64,000 nucleotides of DNA, from contig OX597827.1 of assembly GCA_951406725.2 (NCBI GenBank), positions 19,096,001 through 19,160,000 of the forward strand. The letters run 5' to 3'. The translations under genes and the position numbers were made by a program. Origin of the DNA: Octopus vulgaris. Its lineage: Eukaryota. The first letter of the stretch is position 1. Each line of letters begins with the position of its first letter. The notes under the pieces were generated by a model. The model saw nothing but the letters and a program-made list of their open reading frames with translations, was not told the origin of the DNA and searched no databases. This document shows positions 40,009 to 54,112 of the stretch, one piece after another.

Positions 40009-40392
40009 GTGGAGGCGCAATGGCCCAGTGGTTAGGGCAGCGGACTTGCGGTCGTAGGATCGCGGTTTCGATTCCCAGACCGGGCGTTGAGAGTGTTTAT
40101 TGAGTGAAAACACCTAAAAGCTCCACGAGGCTCCGGCAGGGATGGTGGTGATCCCTGCTGTACTCTTTCACCACAACTTTCTCTCACTCTTACTTCCTGT
40201 TTCTGTTGTACCTGTATTTCAAAGGGCCGGCCTTGTCACTCTCTGTGTCACGATGAATATCCCCGAGAACTACGTTAAGGGTACACGTGTCTGTGGAGTG
40301 CTCAGCCACTTACACGTTAATTTCACGAGCAGGCTGTTCCGTTGATCGGATCAACCGGAACCTTCGTCGTCGTAACCGACGGAGTGCTTCCA
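40009..40392 (+). mobile_element. SINE group B2 (B head with a different 3' tail)
   Basis: Nearly identical to 62327-62710. Confidence 0.88.
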
Positions 40393-40409
40393 CCAAAAAA
40401 AAAAAAATG

Positions 40410-40790
40410 AAATTGTTTGGTGGCAATGGCGAAAGAGATGGTGTGGTGGACGAGACTGAAAAGACTGAAGGCAGATACTTTCCTCTTCGGCAAAGCCCAC
40501 GTTGACTTTTTAAAATTCTTCCATTTGTAAAGAAAGTGAGGGTTGAGAGGGATATGCTACTTCCCAGTAAAATCGTTTAAGAGGCAGGTTAATGCGGCGA
40601 AAATGGCCTGAATGAGTGGACCTACTCTAAGCAAGTGACTGTAGACTGAGGAACATAGAAGAAAGAGGAGCATTTGCCATGACACTCCTGATGAGTAGGG
40701 TAACTCGGGATCTATAGAATTCCTTGGTCACCTCCGGATGGGGTTTTCGTCCCTATTGAGGACTTTGTTACGATCTTTTACAAATTGTTA
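40410..40790 (+). mobile_element. Decayed L1/Tx1-like LINE 3' fragment
   Basis: VAMAKEMVWWTRLK..KVRVER..KRQVNAAKMA aligns by eye with the ORF at 61192-61602. Confidence 0.7.
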
Positions 40791-40799
40791 TTATTTTTA

Positions 40800-41057
40800 T
40801 TCTCTTTTACTCTTTTACTTGTTTCAGTCATTTGACTGTGGCCATGCTGGACACCACCTTTAGTCGAGCAAATCGACCCCAGGTGTGTTTACGTCCCCGT
40901 AACTTAGCGGTTCGGCAAAAGAGATCGATAGAATAAGTACTAGGCTTACAAAGAGTAAGTCCTGGGGTCGATTTGCTCAACTAAAGGCGGTGCTCCAGCA
41001 TGGCGACAATCACATGACTGAAACAAGTAAAAGAGTAAAAGAGCAAAAGAGTAAAGA
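40800..41057. mobile_element. Two SINE C 3' tails joined in inverted, outward-facing orientation
   Basis: 40800-40883 is the reverse complement of about 40961-41043. Confidence 0.85.
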
Positions 41058-41104
41058 GAAAATTTGAGGCAGTTCGGAGGTGCTACAACAGGAAGATTGC
41101 ATCA

Positions 41105-41860
41105 ATAGAACAGCTGAGCGAGTGGGAGAGACTGAAAAAGCTACGACTCTAGTCTAGCGAAGACGAAAGAAAGGTATGCACTGATGTACGTATGGTAGAT
41201 CCTGAAGGGGTCGGCACCATTCTTTGTCATCGAAAGTTATACCAGCCCTCGGACTGGACGTCACTGTGCTGTGCCAAATGTCCAAGTTATCCCGTTTAGA
41301 GGCAGGACGTTGTACTGCAATAGGTTGGGAGACGAAAGGCGGCGAGCTGGCAGAATCGTTAGCACGCCGGACGAAATGCGTAGCCGTATTTCGTCTGCCG
41401 TTACGTTCTGAGTTCAAATTCCGCCGAGGTCGACTTTGCCTTTCATCCTCAAGGGGTCGATAAATTAAGTACCAGTTACGCACTGGGGTCGATATAATCG
41501 ACTTAATCCGTGTGTCTGTCCTTGTTTGTCCCCTCTATGTTTAGCCCCTTGTGGATAATAAAGAAATAATAGCTTGGGATTCAAGGGCCCACGACTATTT
41601 AATGCCTTGCCAAAACATCTGATGGATCTTCATGGAGTAAGGCTAGATGTTTTCAAGGAACAACTTAGCCCCTCGCTGTCCGAGTTCCCAGATGAACTTA
41701 TATTACGGCAAGAAACTCAAAAGAGAACAGCAGTGTCGAACTCCTACCTTTACCAAAAACCAATCACATAAGAATAGCCATCGAAAAAGTGATTACACCG
41801 ACGTCGCTCCAGCATGACCACAGCCTTTGAGCTGAAATATATATATAAAGAATAAAAAGA
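41105..41860 (+). mobile_element. LINE 3' fragment interrupted by SINE D (41338-41570)
   Basis: ERLKKLRL*S..RRRK and GFKGPRLFNALPKHLMDLHGV..FK..FPDE; tail GCTCCAGCATGACCACAGCC. Confidence 0.8.
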
Positions 41861-42039
41861 CTAAAAGAATAAACGGGAATATTTTGCAAGTTATTTATTT
41901 TTTACTTTTTTTCGTTTATTTTTGTTTGTATTTTGATAATTGTTCCTTTTCGTTGTGTGTGTGTGTTTTTTTTTTTTCTTTTACGTCCAATCCGTTTTCC
42001 TTTCGTGTGTTTATTTTCGTTTCATTCCATGGTTTGTAG

Positions 42040-42117
42040 AGATTGCCGAAATGTTCTTTTATTCCCCCAAGCCTCAAGTGCTGGAAACGAGGATTCCTGG
42101 CAGTGAGAACGACAAAG
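42040..42117 (+). CDS. Candidate internal exon of an unknown gene (78 nt, symmetric)
   Basis: Long T-rich tract and TAG acceptor, AAG|GTAATG donor, two open frames; no recognisable homology. Confidence 0.3.
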
Positions 42118-43324
42118 GTAATGGATGTCTGTTGTAATTGTATGTCACAAGTGTAATAAATGGCGCTGCCGACTGATATCGGTTGGCGTCCTCCGTTCCG
42201 TTTTGGCTTCACTACTTAAAGAGGTGAAATTCTTGAGTAGGTGATAGCTGATAAAAATTATAGACGGCAGAAAGTTGTTGGCTGAATCGGCGGGGGGGGG
42301 TCGTGGAGGGTCATTAGTTGGAGTGACGGGTTGTTCAATAGAGAGGAAGAGAGACTGAGAGGTCGTTAAACTGGAGAAGGATCTAAATAAAATATTAGAG
42401 AAGCCGCGTGAGTGTATGGCATTCTCTCCCTCTTTCTCTCTTTCTCTCCTTTTCTTTCTCTCTCTCTCCCTTTTCTTTCTCTCTCTCTCTCCCTTTTCTC
42501 TCTCTCTCTCTCCCTTTTCTTTCTTTCTCTCTCTCTCTCCCTTTTCTTTCTCACTCTCTCTCCTTTTTCTTTCTCTCTCTCTCCCTTTTCTTCCTCTCTC
42601 TCTCCCTTTTCTTTCTCTCTCTCCCCCTTTTCTTTCTCTCTCTCTCCCTTTTCTTTCTCTCTCTCTCCCTTTTCTTTCTCTCTCTCTCCCTTTTTTCTCT
42701 CTCTCTCTCTCTTTTCTTTCTCTCTCTCTCTCTCTCTCTCCCTTTTCTCGGTCTCTTTCTCTCTTTCTTTCTGGTGTGTGTGTGTGTGTGTCTATCTGTC
42801 AGTGAGAAATTGATAGCGATGGGGCAGAGTTGAAGAGGGGAAAGGGAAAGGGGAAAGATGGAGAGAAAATGAGGAAGGAAGATTGGAAGAAAGATTATCG
42901 TAAGAAAGAAGTGGAGTGAATGAAAAAGAAGAATGGGGAAAGAAAAGTGAAAGAAATAATATAAAGAAGATTGCGAGGGTGAGTAAAGGAGATGGGGAGA
43001 GTGAATGAGGAAGAGAGAAGAGAAAATAAAAGAAAGAGTATGAGAGAAACAATCAGAGAAATAGAGGGAGAAAGTGATTAAGAGTATGTGAAAGAGAGAG
43101 AGATGGAGGGGGGAGAGGGAGGGAGAGATAGACGGACAGGCAGAGAGTAGGAGTGAATGAGTGGGTGATTGAGTGAAGGAGGGGGAAGGGAAGGAGAGGA
43201 AAAGGGAGAGATGCTAAGGTTAAGTGACAGAAGAGGGCATAAAACGAAAAATAAGGACGAGGAGGAAAAGAGAGGCACTTATGAAGGAATGCGTTATTGG
43301 AGGGAGAGTGTGAGAGGAAGAGAG

Positions 43325-43355
<31 letters not shown>

Positions 43356-43454
43356 TAAGAGAATTAAGAGAAAGAGAACGAGAAGAAAATGTTGGTGAGA
43401 GTTTGCGGGGAGGGGTATCAGCAATGAAGCATTATGGGAAAATATAGTTTGGAA

Positions 43455-44228
43455 TGGATGGATGGATGGATGGATGGATGGATGGATGGATGGAGGGAGG
43501 GAGGGAGGGAGGGAGGGAAGGAGGGAAGGAGGGAAGGAGGGAGGGAGGGATAGGTAGATGGGTGGATGGATGGATGGATGGATGGATGGATGGATGGATG
43601 GATGGATGGAGGGAGGGATGGATAAATGGTTGGAGGGGTGGATGGATGGAGGAATGGATGGATGGATGGATGGATGGATGGATGGATGGATGGATGAGTG
43701 GGAGGTTGGATAGATAAATGGATGGGTGGATAGATGGCTGGGTGGATGTACATGTGGGTGGGTGGATGGATGGATGAACAGGTGGGTGGATGGACAGGTG
43801 GGTGGGTGGACAGGTGGGTGGATGTACAGGTGGATGGATGGACGGATAGATGGATGGATGGATAGATGGATAGATGAATGGATGGACGGACGGACGGACG
43901 GACGGACGGACGGGACGGATGGATGGATGGATGGATGGATGGATGGATGGATGGATGGATGGATGGATGCATGGATGGATGGATGCATGGATGGATGCAT
44001 GGATGGGTGGATGAATAAGTGGAATTTGGATGGGCGGGTGTATCGATGGATAGCGTGAGTGATGGATGGAAGGAGAGAAGGAGAGAGGAAGGCATGGATT
44101 GCTAAATGGATGGACGGATGGGTGAGTGGATGGATGGATGGATGGATGGATGGATGGATGGATGGATGGATGGATGGATGGATGGATGGATGGATGGATG
44201 GATGGATGGATGGATGGATGGATGGATG
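43455..44228. repeat. (GGAT)n/(GGAG)n/(GGAC)n array
   Basis: Directly visible. Confidence 0.95.
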
Positions 44229-44648
44229 AGTCAGGTGAACGGTTGGTTGGGTAACATTTTTGTAACATTGCCACATCATGACTATAAAATTCCTGTAATA
44301 CTACAGTGACATTAACGTGCCACCAATGTTGTTGTTATTTAACCACCGGTCAGTCTCATTGTACAGAGCTACGACCAAACGCATTCTATCCGGTACTACT
44401 ACCTTCCCTCGCTATAATATAAAGTCCAAGCAAGCAGATTAATCATTAAGCAAGATAAGCACCACAGAAATGATAAATGGTCTACAGCACAAAAGAAATC
44501 ACTTTAAACTTGCTGAAATAATATTTGAAGTGGTTTATATGATCGGAAATATAATTACGAAGTGTTCGTTGTGTCATAGTGCGGATCTGATCAAAGACTT
44601 TGCAATTAATAAAATAGGAGAAGACATTTCAAATATACAATGGGAGTA

Positions 44649-44775
44649 CAGTAATCCGTCGACTATCGCGGGTGTTATGCTCCGAACCCACCGACAGAAA
44701 TAATCCCTCGACTATCGCGGGTGTTATGCTCCGAAACCCCCGAAGGAAATAATCCCTCGACTATCGCGGGTGTGA
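44649..44775 (+). repeat. Three tandem ~53-bp copies of a Tigger/pogo-like terminus
   Basis: TA|CAGTAATCC(G/C)TCGACTATCGCGGGTGT; core repeated three times. Confidence 0.65.
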
Positions 44776-44883
44776 CCCCCCCCCCCAATAATTAAAGTCT
44801 AAAAAAATATAAATACTTATCGTCAGTGGTGCATATATCCGAGAAAGAAGATCTTGAGTTTGGCGAATCGCCTCTACTGCTAA

Positions 44884-45190
44884 GTGGAGGCACATAGCCT
44901 AGTGGTTAGAGCAGCGGACTCGCGGTCGAATGTTCGCGGGTTCGAATCTCAGATCGGACGATGTGCGTGTTTATGAGCGAAAACACCTAAGCTCCACGCG
45001 GCTCCGGCAGAAGGTAATGGCTAACTTCTGCTGACTCTTTCGCCACAACTTTCTCTCACTCTTTCCTCCTGCATCTTGCAGCTCACCTGAGATGGACCGG
45101 CGTCCCGTCCAGGTGGGGAACCTATACGCCAGGTAACCGGGAAACCGGCCCTTTTGAGCCAGGTATGGCTCAAGAAGGAACAAACAACAA
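44884..45190 (+). mobile_element. SINE group B3
   Basis: TSD CTCTACTGCTAA at 44872-44883 and 45191-45202. Confidence 0.92.
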
Positions 45191-45270
45191 CTCTACTGCT
45201 AAGCGCTTTATAGGTACGAAAGCAACGGTCACTCTATGACCGGCCATAATATTTAACTTTCTAGAGTATT

Positions 45271-45301
<31 letters not shown>

Positions 45302-45364
45302 GCTTGTGTCTGTGGACCGGAGCGTTGTCCTGCAGGAGGAGGATGCCTTTGCTGATCTTGTCAT

Positions 45365-45600
45365 CCACCACTGCTTGACAACCAGTGTTGTTGTGTTTAC
45401 ATCCCCATAACTTAGCGGTTCAGCAAAAGAGCACGATAGAATAACTATTAATACCAGGCTTTAAAACGAAAAAAACTAAATAATGCGGGGGAGGGGTAGT
45501 CGATTCTAGTCGGTTCGCTCGACTAGAACGCTTCAAGGCAGTGCCCCAGCATGGCCGCAGTCTAATCACTTAAACAAGTAAAAGGTAAAAAGATGAAAGA
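45365..45600 (+). mobile_element. SINE C 3' half
   Basis: Body and tail motifs. Confidence 0.75.
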
Positions 45601-45704
45601 ATACGAACGCTGTCAAGTCAAGACGAGGTACCTTTGCTGTGGTGGCCGGGTATCATGCAAATTACGAAAATATAACACCGCTACTCCACTAATTTCCTCC
45701 CCCT

Positions 45705-45779
<75 letters not shown>

Positions 45780-46019
45780 AAGGTACGTGGTACTTGCAGA
45801 TTAGATGGTACTGTTGTTTAGCTGCCAGGTCCGTTCTGATCGAAGAGAAACCTATAATCAAAGGCAAGATATTGACAGACTGTCTATCTGGGGCTACGTT
45901 GTTCAATGTGTCCTTTCTTTTTATCTAGAGAGTAAGGTGCAACTCGAGGAGGTTTGCTGCTACTTCTAACAGATCTGGTTGGAAGTATAATAATGATGAT
46001 ATTTATAATGATGATGACA

Positions 46020-46215
46020 ATCCTTTCTACTGTAGGCACAAGGCCTGAAACTTAGGGGGAGGGGGATAGTCGATTACATCGATCCCAGTATGCCACTGGT
46101 ACTCAATTTATCGATCCCGAAAGGATGAAAGGCAAAGTCGACCTCGGCGGAATTTGAACTCACAACGTAACGGCAGACGAAATACCGCTAAGCTTCTCGC
46201 CTGGCGCGCTAAAGT
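46020..46215 (-). mobile_element. SINE group D
   Basis: Meta-like core on the minus strand. Confidence 0.8.
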
Positions 46216-46470
46216 TTCCGGGCTAATTCTAGAGTCAGACCCCCTCTTTTACTCATGTGTATATGCGTACATATGTTAGTAAAATGGGATTTGAAATAGA
46301 GATTTGGTTGTTGTTTCTAGTACGTCGATCAAACTGCATGGAGGTTTCCACACTGGATCGCCGTTGTGGTATTTTCGTGTTTTAATGTCTGTCATATTTA
46401 TCCTGCTTGTACTATTTATTGTTGCGTTTGTATAGCGCTTACAAAGTATGTGTAGCTTTGCTGGGTCGTA

Positions 46471-46531
<61 letters not shown>

Positions 46532-47058
46532 CGTGCAGGGATGTCGATTCTGTGCATCTTTTACCTTGTTTCTTTAATTTCAAATTCAAACTGCTAATCC
46601 CACCAACTATTATGAAGAAATGATTATCTCCCTTGTATTAAGTATCTGCTAAGGGACACAACATGAGTATATATATATACATACATGAATGCATACATAC
46701 ATACAATCATACATACACACACACACATATATATGTGTGTCGCTTTGCGGGAAGTACTGTTTCAAGTAGTCGTGTTCTGCCCTTACCTTCGAAACACGCA
46801 ATGAGTCGAAACAGAGGCAGCTGAAGAAGGGGAATGTTCCTTGTGTTGTTTGTCTTGTACTCTGTTTTTTCGTTGTTAAAAAAGTCTGTTTCCTTGTTTT
46901 GTTTTTATTTTTTCGTTTCTCGTTGTGTTCTACGTTTATTTGTGGTGTCCTGTACCCATATATGCATGTATATATACATATAGATGTAGGTATGTACATA
47001 TATGTAAGTATGTACATATATGTATGTATGTATGCATATGTTTTATTTATTAAATTGT

Positions 47059-47131
<73 letters not shown>

Positions 47132-47280
47132 ATTAAATATATATACGCGAGCGCGCACTCACACACACATCACAACAACCTATGCCATCTTCTTCATTAA
47201 GCTTACATGTCCCCACCTGAAATATACCTTAAATAAGCCTATAAAAAAACCCAATTCAGTTCTCTTCGAAGACTCGTAGT

Positions 47281-47590
47281 GTGGAGGCACATGGACTAGT
47301 GGTTAGAGCAGCGGACTCACAGTCGAGGGATCGCGGGTTCGAATCTCAGACCGGGCGATGTGCGTGTTTATGAGCGAAACACCTAAGCTCCACCCAGCTC
47401 CGGCAGAAGGTAATGGTGAAACTTCTGCTGACTTTTTCGCCACAACTTTCTCTCACTCTTTCCTCCTGCATCTTGCAGCTCACCTGCGACGAACTGGCGT
47501 CCCGTCCAGGCGGGGAACCTATATGCCAAGAAACCGGGAAACCGGCCCTTATAAACCAGTCATGGCTCGAGAAGGAACAAACAAACAACA
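47281..47590 (+). mobile_element. SINE group B3
   Basis: Full length; imperfect TSD ACT(C/T)GTAGT. Confidence 0.88.
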
Positions 47591-47764
47591 ACTTGTAGTG
47601 GTAACATCTTGAATAAAGCTGCATGGATAAGTTTACCTTGGATGAGCTCATAAATGCAATCGAACCACAGGCTGCAATCGGATGTCACATCCTAGGATAT
47701 CTATATGGTAGAAACGTGTGTCAGAATGAGATTTAATATGTGTATTTTGTAATAGTACTATAAT

Positions 47765-48216
47765 TCTTTCTTCTATAGGGAACAAAGCCTGAAATTTTGT
47801 GGAAGGTGACTAGTCGATTACATCGATCTCAGTGTTTCACTGGTACTTAATTTATCGACCCCGAAAGGATGAAAGGCAAAATCGACTTCGGCGGAATTTG
47901 AACTCAGAACAGAGCGACGGGCGAAATACCGCAAAGCATTTCGCCCGACGTACTAACGATTCTGCTAGCTCGCCGCCTTATATATATTTCTTTACTGCCC
48001 ACAAGGGGCTAAACATAGAGGGGACAAACAAGGACACACAAAGGGATTAAGTCGATTACATCGACCCAGTGCGAAACTGGTGCTTTATTTATCGACCCCG
48101 TGAGGATGAAAGGCAAAGTCGACCTCGGCGGAATTTGAACTCAGAACGCAGCGGTGGACGAGATACCGCAAAGCATTTCGCCCGGCGTGCTAACGTTTCT
48201 GCCAGCTCGCCGCCTT
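47765..48216 (-). mobile_element. Two tandem SINE group D copies
   Basis: Each begins AAGGCGGCGAGCT(A/G)GCAGAA on the minus strand. Confidence 0.85.
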
Positions 48217-48281
48217 ATATATACAATACTATAATAAACAAGCATTGCGGAGGTAAAATTCTCCATTCTTATTTTATCGTC

Positions 48282-48371
<90 letters not shown>

Positions 48372-48862
48372 GTGCGTTTAATAAGTTCATCTGGGGTATA
48401 ATAACCTTAGTGTTTACCGTATTGAGCAGCTATATGGATATTGGCTTTCTGACAAAATTGGAAATTGGAAATCGTTGTTCTCCCAGACAAATATCTGAAA
48501 ATTCGCAAACATCCTAAGAGTATTTGATAAATATTAAAGAATGGAGTGAACAAATCATTTTTCTACTTCAATTTACAATTGTTTCGTCATGTTCCAATAT
48601 AATATGGTGCAAGATTGATCTTAGTGGTGAATTCGTAGTACATTTACAGTGTAGTACACAATGTTTTCATAGTACATTCACAACATACTTGTACTGCATT
48701 CACAGAGTATTCATAGTATAATGATGGTATACTCGTAGTATAAATATACATTGTGTTCGTTAGTGTATTGACAGTGCACTCACAGTGTGTTTGTTAATAC
48801 ATTTATAGTGTGTTCGTAGCATATATCCTGTGCACTTAGATTACTCTATATATTCTCAGTAT

Positions 48863-49200
48863 GTGAAGGCGCATGGCTCAGTGGTTAGAGCGTCCAAATT
48901 ACGATCGTGAGGTTGTGAGTTCGAGTGCCGGACCGGGCTGCGTGTTGTGTTCTTGAGCAAGACACTTTATTTCATGTTGATCCAGTTCACTTAGCTGTTG
49001 AAATGAGTTGCGACGTCACAGGTGCCAAGCTGTATCGGCCCCTTTGCTTTTCCCTTGGATAACACTGCTGTCTTGGAGAGGGGAGGCCGGTATGCATGGG
49101 CGACTGCTGGTCTTCCATAAACAAACTTTCCCGGACTTGAGCCTGGGAGGGTAACTTTCTGGTTGCAATCCCATGGTCAGTAATGACCGAAAGGGGTCTC
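48863..49200 (+). mobile_element. SINE group A
   Basis: Full length; tRNA head and CORE-like centre. Confidence 0.88.
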
Positions 49201-49872
49201 AGCTCAATTCACAGTATATTTGCAGTATAGAGCAACCTATTTAGTGTTCGTTAATGCATTAAGTATTTGCAGCGTATGGTAGTACATTCACAGTGTGTTC
49301 ATTAAAGTTTCTCTCTGTTTGTTCGTTATATACTTACAGTGTGTTAATAGTGTACTCACAGTGCGTTTGTGGCGCATTGATCATTATTCCCAGTGTACTC
49401 ATTAGAGTATTCACTGTGTCTTTGTAGTATCTTTACAATGCATTGAAAGCGTTGTCACAGCGTGTTCGTTCGTGCATTCACAGTGTATCCGTAATGTAGT
49501 CAATGCACTGGGTCCTATAGTTATTTACTTATTTATTGCAAACAACAGCATTCATAGATAAGAATTGGGCCTCTGGGTCTGTAAAGTCCTCGAGCAAATC
49601 AATAAGCTGGGCCCTATAGTATATACTATATATAAATACTATAATTATGAGCATAATTATAATTAGGATTCAGCAAAATTTGCTTCACCACATACCGAAA
49701 TTTAGAAATAGCAGTTAAAATACTATTCTACTACCATAAGATAACGATTTTGCCAGCGCGCCACCCTTATGGTAGGCAAAACCGTTTTAAATATTGTTAG
49801 AAATTGTACAAAAATAATTGTAAAAGTATTTTGCGTATTGTAGAAATATAACCAATTTACAGCACATAAATA

Positions 49873-50032
49873 GACGCAGGTGTGACTGTGTGGGGAGGGG
49901 CTTGCTTCTCAACCACATGGTTCCGGGTTCAGTCCCACTGTGCAAGTGTCTTCTACTATAGCCTCGGGCCGACCAAAGCCTTGTGAGTTAATTTGGTAGA
50001 TGGAAACTGAAAGAAGTTCGTTGTGTGTGTGA

Positions 50033-50075
<43 letters not shown>

Positions 50076-50549
50076 TGTTCCCCATCGCCGCTATCGCTTA
50101 ACAACTGATACTGGTGTGCTTACATCTCCGTAACTTGGCGGTTCGGTAAAAGGAAACGATAGCATAAGTACTAAGCTTACAAAGAATAAGTCCCGAGGTA
50201 GATTTCTTCGAATAAAAAAAAACCTTTTAAGGCCGTGCTCCAGTATGGCCGCCGTCAAATGACTGAAACGATTGAAAGAATAAAAGAATAAATTTTAACA
50301 ACAAAATCTTATGTTGACTCCACCAAGGGACCTTATAAACCCCGGTTGAGAACCACAGGTTTATATATGCTATATGGAATATCTAAGAATGGCTGTGTAG
50401 TAAGTAGCTCGTAGCTTGCTAACCAACCGCATAGTTCTGGGTTCAGTCCCACTGCGTAGCACCTTGGGCAAGTGTCTTCTACTATAGCCTCGGGCCGACC
50501 AGAGCCTTGTGAGTGGATTTGGTAGACGGAAACTGAAAGAAGCCCGTCG

Positions 50550-50621
<72 letters not shown>

Positions 50622-50815
50622 CGTGTGTGTGTGTGTGTGCTTGTGTGTGTTTGTCCACCCACCATCGCTTGACAACCGAGGCTGGTGTGTTTACGTCCCC
50701 GTAACTTAGCGGTAGAATAAGTACTAGGCTTACAAAGAATAAGTCTTGGGGGTCGGTTTGTTCGACTAAAGGCGGTGCTCCAGCATGGTTGCAGTCAAAA
50801 TGACTGAAATAAATA
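49873..50815 (+). mobile_element. Two SINE group C copies (49873-50290; 50388-50815)
   Basis: Heads, TG tracts and tails. Confidence 0.85.
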
Positions 50816-51274
50816 AATGAAAAGTGTATTTAGTATGTTCGTTGATGTATTTCCAGTGTACTTCCAGTGTATTTCACAGTATATACGCAGTGTAATTACG
50901 GTGCGTTAGCGGTGTATTTATCGACAGTGTATACACAGTGTGTTGGTCGGGTGTATTCACATTGTTACGAGTGGTGTAATAACAATCCATTAACATTGTA
51001 TTCATGAGAGATAGCGTATTGTAGCATTCTGTAACTTCTCTTTGAGTGAACGCCTCTATGTGTCTGTGTATAGCCATGTCTGTACGCACGCCTGTTTGGT
51101 GTTTGCGTTTGTGTATATAGCTAGCTGTATGTGCGTGTGTTTGAGTGTATGTGGGGTCTTTAACATTTAGTTAGCGAAAGTGAAGAGACGTACAAACAAA
51201 CGTTTGGTTAGCGTCTTTTGGTCGATCGTGGTAAACTTCCGCTCAAGTATCGTTTACTTTCTTCTTCCAATTAG

Positions 51275-51407
51275 ATGGACATCTTTATAAAATAAGCGCG
51301 TATGATTCCAATGTCAAAGAACTTCGACGACAAGAAATGTGTTTCTTGTCTCCTTTATTTGATACCAGCGAGACTACAAACGAGAACCCAAAGACCAATC
51401 AATATGT
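51275..51407 (+). CDS. Candidate exon of an unknown gene
   Basis: Acceptor TTTACTTTCTTCTTCCAATTAG; 43 open codons [43 protein letters not shown]; donor after 51405 or 51407. Confidence 0.3.
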
Positions 51408-51437
51408 GTACGTGTGTATGTGTGTGTGTGTGTGTAC

Positions 51438-51485
<48 letters not shown>

Positions 51486-51634
51486 TTATATATATATTTA
51501 TATTTATATTTATGTATGTATGTATGTATGTATGTATGTATATATATATACACGTGTATATGCATATATTTATGTATATACGCATGAACGTAATTTTATA
51601 TACACACACACACACACGCACGTACACACGCACG

Positions 51635-51701
<67 letters not shown>

Positions 51702-52597
51702 GTGCACATATATATATACATGCTTACATACATACGTAGACGTGTATGTCTATCGCTCGCACTCTCTCCACCTCTTCGTCTCTCTTTCTTGCACTTTCTC
51801 TCCCTCCCTCTCCTTTTCTCACTCGTTCTCTTTCTCACTCTCTTCTATCCTTTCTTACTCTCTCTCCCCCTCCCTACTTTCACTTTCTGTTTTTCTTATC
51901 TAGTTAACTCATTCTTTCTTCCAGACTTCTCTTTCATTCCTTTCGTATTTTCTTACTTTTCTCTTCCTTCTTTCTTTCCCTCTCTTTCTGTTTTATTTCT
52001 GACCTTCCTTCTTTATTTCTTCGTTTCTCCTTCTCTCTTTCTAGCATTTATTCATTCATTATTTAATTATTTATCTATTTCGCTTATCTAAATTATTTCT
52101 TTCAATTCCTCTTTCATTCGTTTATTTCTTCACATTTCTTTCTAATTTCTTTCTCTCTTTCTCTCACTCTCTCTCTTTCTTTCTTACTTTCTTTCTTTTT
52201 TCTTTCCATCCTTCATCTTTTCTAGTTGTTTTTCCCTCTTTCTTTCTCGTCGTTTTTCTTTCTTACCTTGTCTTTCCTTCTTCCTTTCTCTCTTTCTAAC
52301 AGTCGTTTTCCGTTCTTCTTATCTTCTTTCTTTCTTTCCTTTTCCTTCTTTCCTTCTTTCTTCCTTACTCTATCTCTTTTCCCTTCTTTCTTTCTACTTG
52401 TCTCTCCTTCTGTCTTACTCTCTTTCTAGCGTCGTAATTTTCCGTACTTTCTACATTCTATTTTTCCTTTTCCCCCCCCTGCTTCTTTCTTTCTTTCCTA
52501 CCTTAACTCATTCCCCCACTCTTTCCTTCAATCAACTCTTTATCGATGTCAGTGAAATTACAACAGGAACACAAACCAAACACTCACCCTTCTCTCT

Positions 52598-52690
<93 letters not shown>

Positions 52691-52963
52691 TTGTTCCTTC
52701 TTCATTTCATTCTCATTGGTATTCCTTCTTTTGCTTTTTCTTCTGTCATACTTGGCTTCTTTCTTAAATTTTCCTTGTCTATCTTTATTTTTCATTTCCT
52801 TCTTTTCTTTTTTATTCTTTCTTCCTATCATTTTTCTGTCTGTCTGTATTTCTTTCTTTCTTTCTTTCTTCCTTGCTTGTTTGCTCGCTTTCCTTCCTTC
52901 TTTCTTTCTCTCTTTCTTCCTTTCTTTCTTTCTTACTAGCTCTTCTTTTCCAACATACTTCAG

Positions 52964-53009
52964 ACTGCCTTTTCGTCCAAACCAACACTTCCACGTATTA
53001 AAGACAAAG
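52964..53009 (+). CDS. Candidate small exon
   Basis: Pyrimidine tract and CAG acceptor; AAG|GTATTA donor; open frames. Confidence 0.25.
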
Positions 53010-53081
53010 GTATTATAAAATTTGTGTATGTATGGATATATATACATATATACAAATACATTTATATGTATGTATATATAT

Positions 53082-53124
<43 letters not shown>

Positions 53125-53125
53125 T

Positions 53126-53164
<39 letters not shown>

Positions 53165-53166
53165 CA

Positions 53167-53197
<31 letters not shown>

Positions 53198-53487
53198 CTA
53201 TAGATATATATATATGCACAAATATATACAGATACACACACACACACATATATATATACGCCCACACATACATACATATATACACACACATATATACATA
53301 TATATATATATATTTTTATATATATATATGTATATATACCCATATGTATTATGTTTATGTCTACAAGAGTTATGTACAATATAAGTCTGTGTGCGTGTGT
53401 ACGTTTGTACATGCATACATGCATACATCTACGAATGTGTATATTAGTATATACGTGTGTGTGTGTATATACATATATATATATATG

Positions 53488-53526
<39 letters not shown>

Positions 53527-53549
53527 TACATATATACATATATATATAT

Positions 53550-53661
<112 letters not shown>

Positions 53662-53662
53662 A

Positions 53663-53698
<36 letters not shown>

Positions 53699-54058
53699 TC
53701 ATCATCATCATCATCATCAAGCATATGGTGGCACGTAAAAAGCACCATTTGCTCGTCGCCGTTGCCAGCCTCACCTGGCCTCCGTGTCGGATATATATAT
53801 ATATATATGCTCTTTTCTGATGAGGTGGGGGTTTTCATCCTGACACATCACCTAGCTATTTCAGCTCTCTCTGGCTTTTTTCAGGTTTAAACCAGCTTTA
53901 ACCTTCAATTAGTACAACTATCTTCGGTTATTGATGGAGTTTTTAAAAACAAAAACAAGAAAACAGTAAAAAAAAAATCTATGAAAAAGAAACTGACAAA
54001 GTGAGATGGCTAAGTGGTAATGTGTGGAGGAGAATAGATTATAGATTCCTTGCATGTT

Positions 54059-54112
<54 letters not shown>

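Larger units (their letters stand above)
48635..51010. repeat. Old degenerate ~11-bp minisatellite (approx. AGTGTATTCAC) in three blocks split by insertions
   Basis: Blocks at about 48635-48860, 49205-49500 and 50820-51010. Confidence 0.6.

Noticed and set aside
40688-40712. Hammerhead at CTGATGAG
   Set aside because: No downstream GAAA or helix III; lies in the Tx1-like 3'UTR.
44470-44703. 77-aa ORF
   Set aside because: No recognisable homology, and it runs into a transposon-end repeat.
48385-48630. LRR-like coding fragment (HLGYNNLSVY)
   Set aside because: A single weak motif with in-frame stops and no good splice sites.
53815-53890. Degenerate hammerhead-like motifs (CTGATGAG on +; CTGAAAA..AGC/GCT-GAAATAGCTA on -)
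   Set aside because: Cores are incomplete and helix I is unsupported; noted only because it weakens the adjacent exon candidate.
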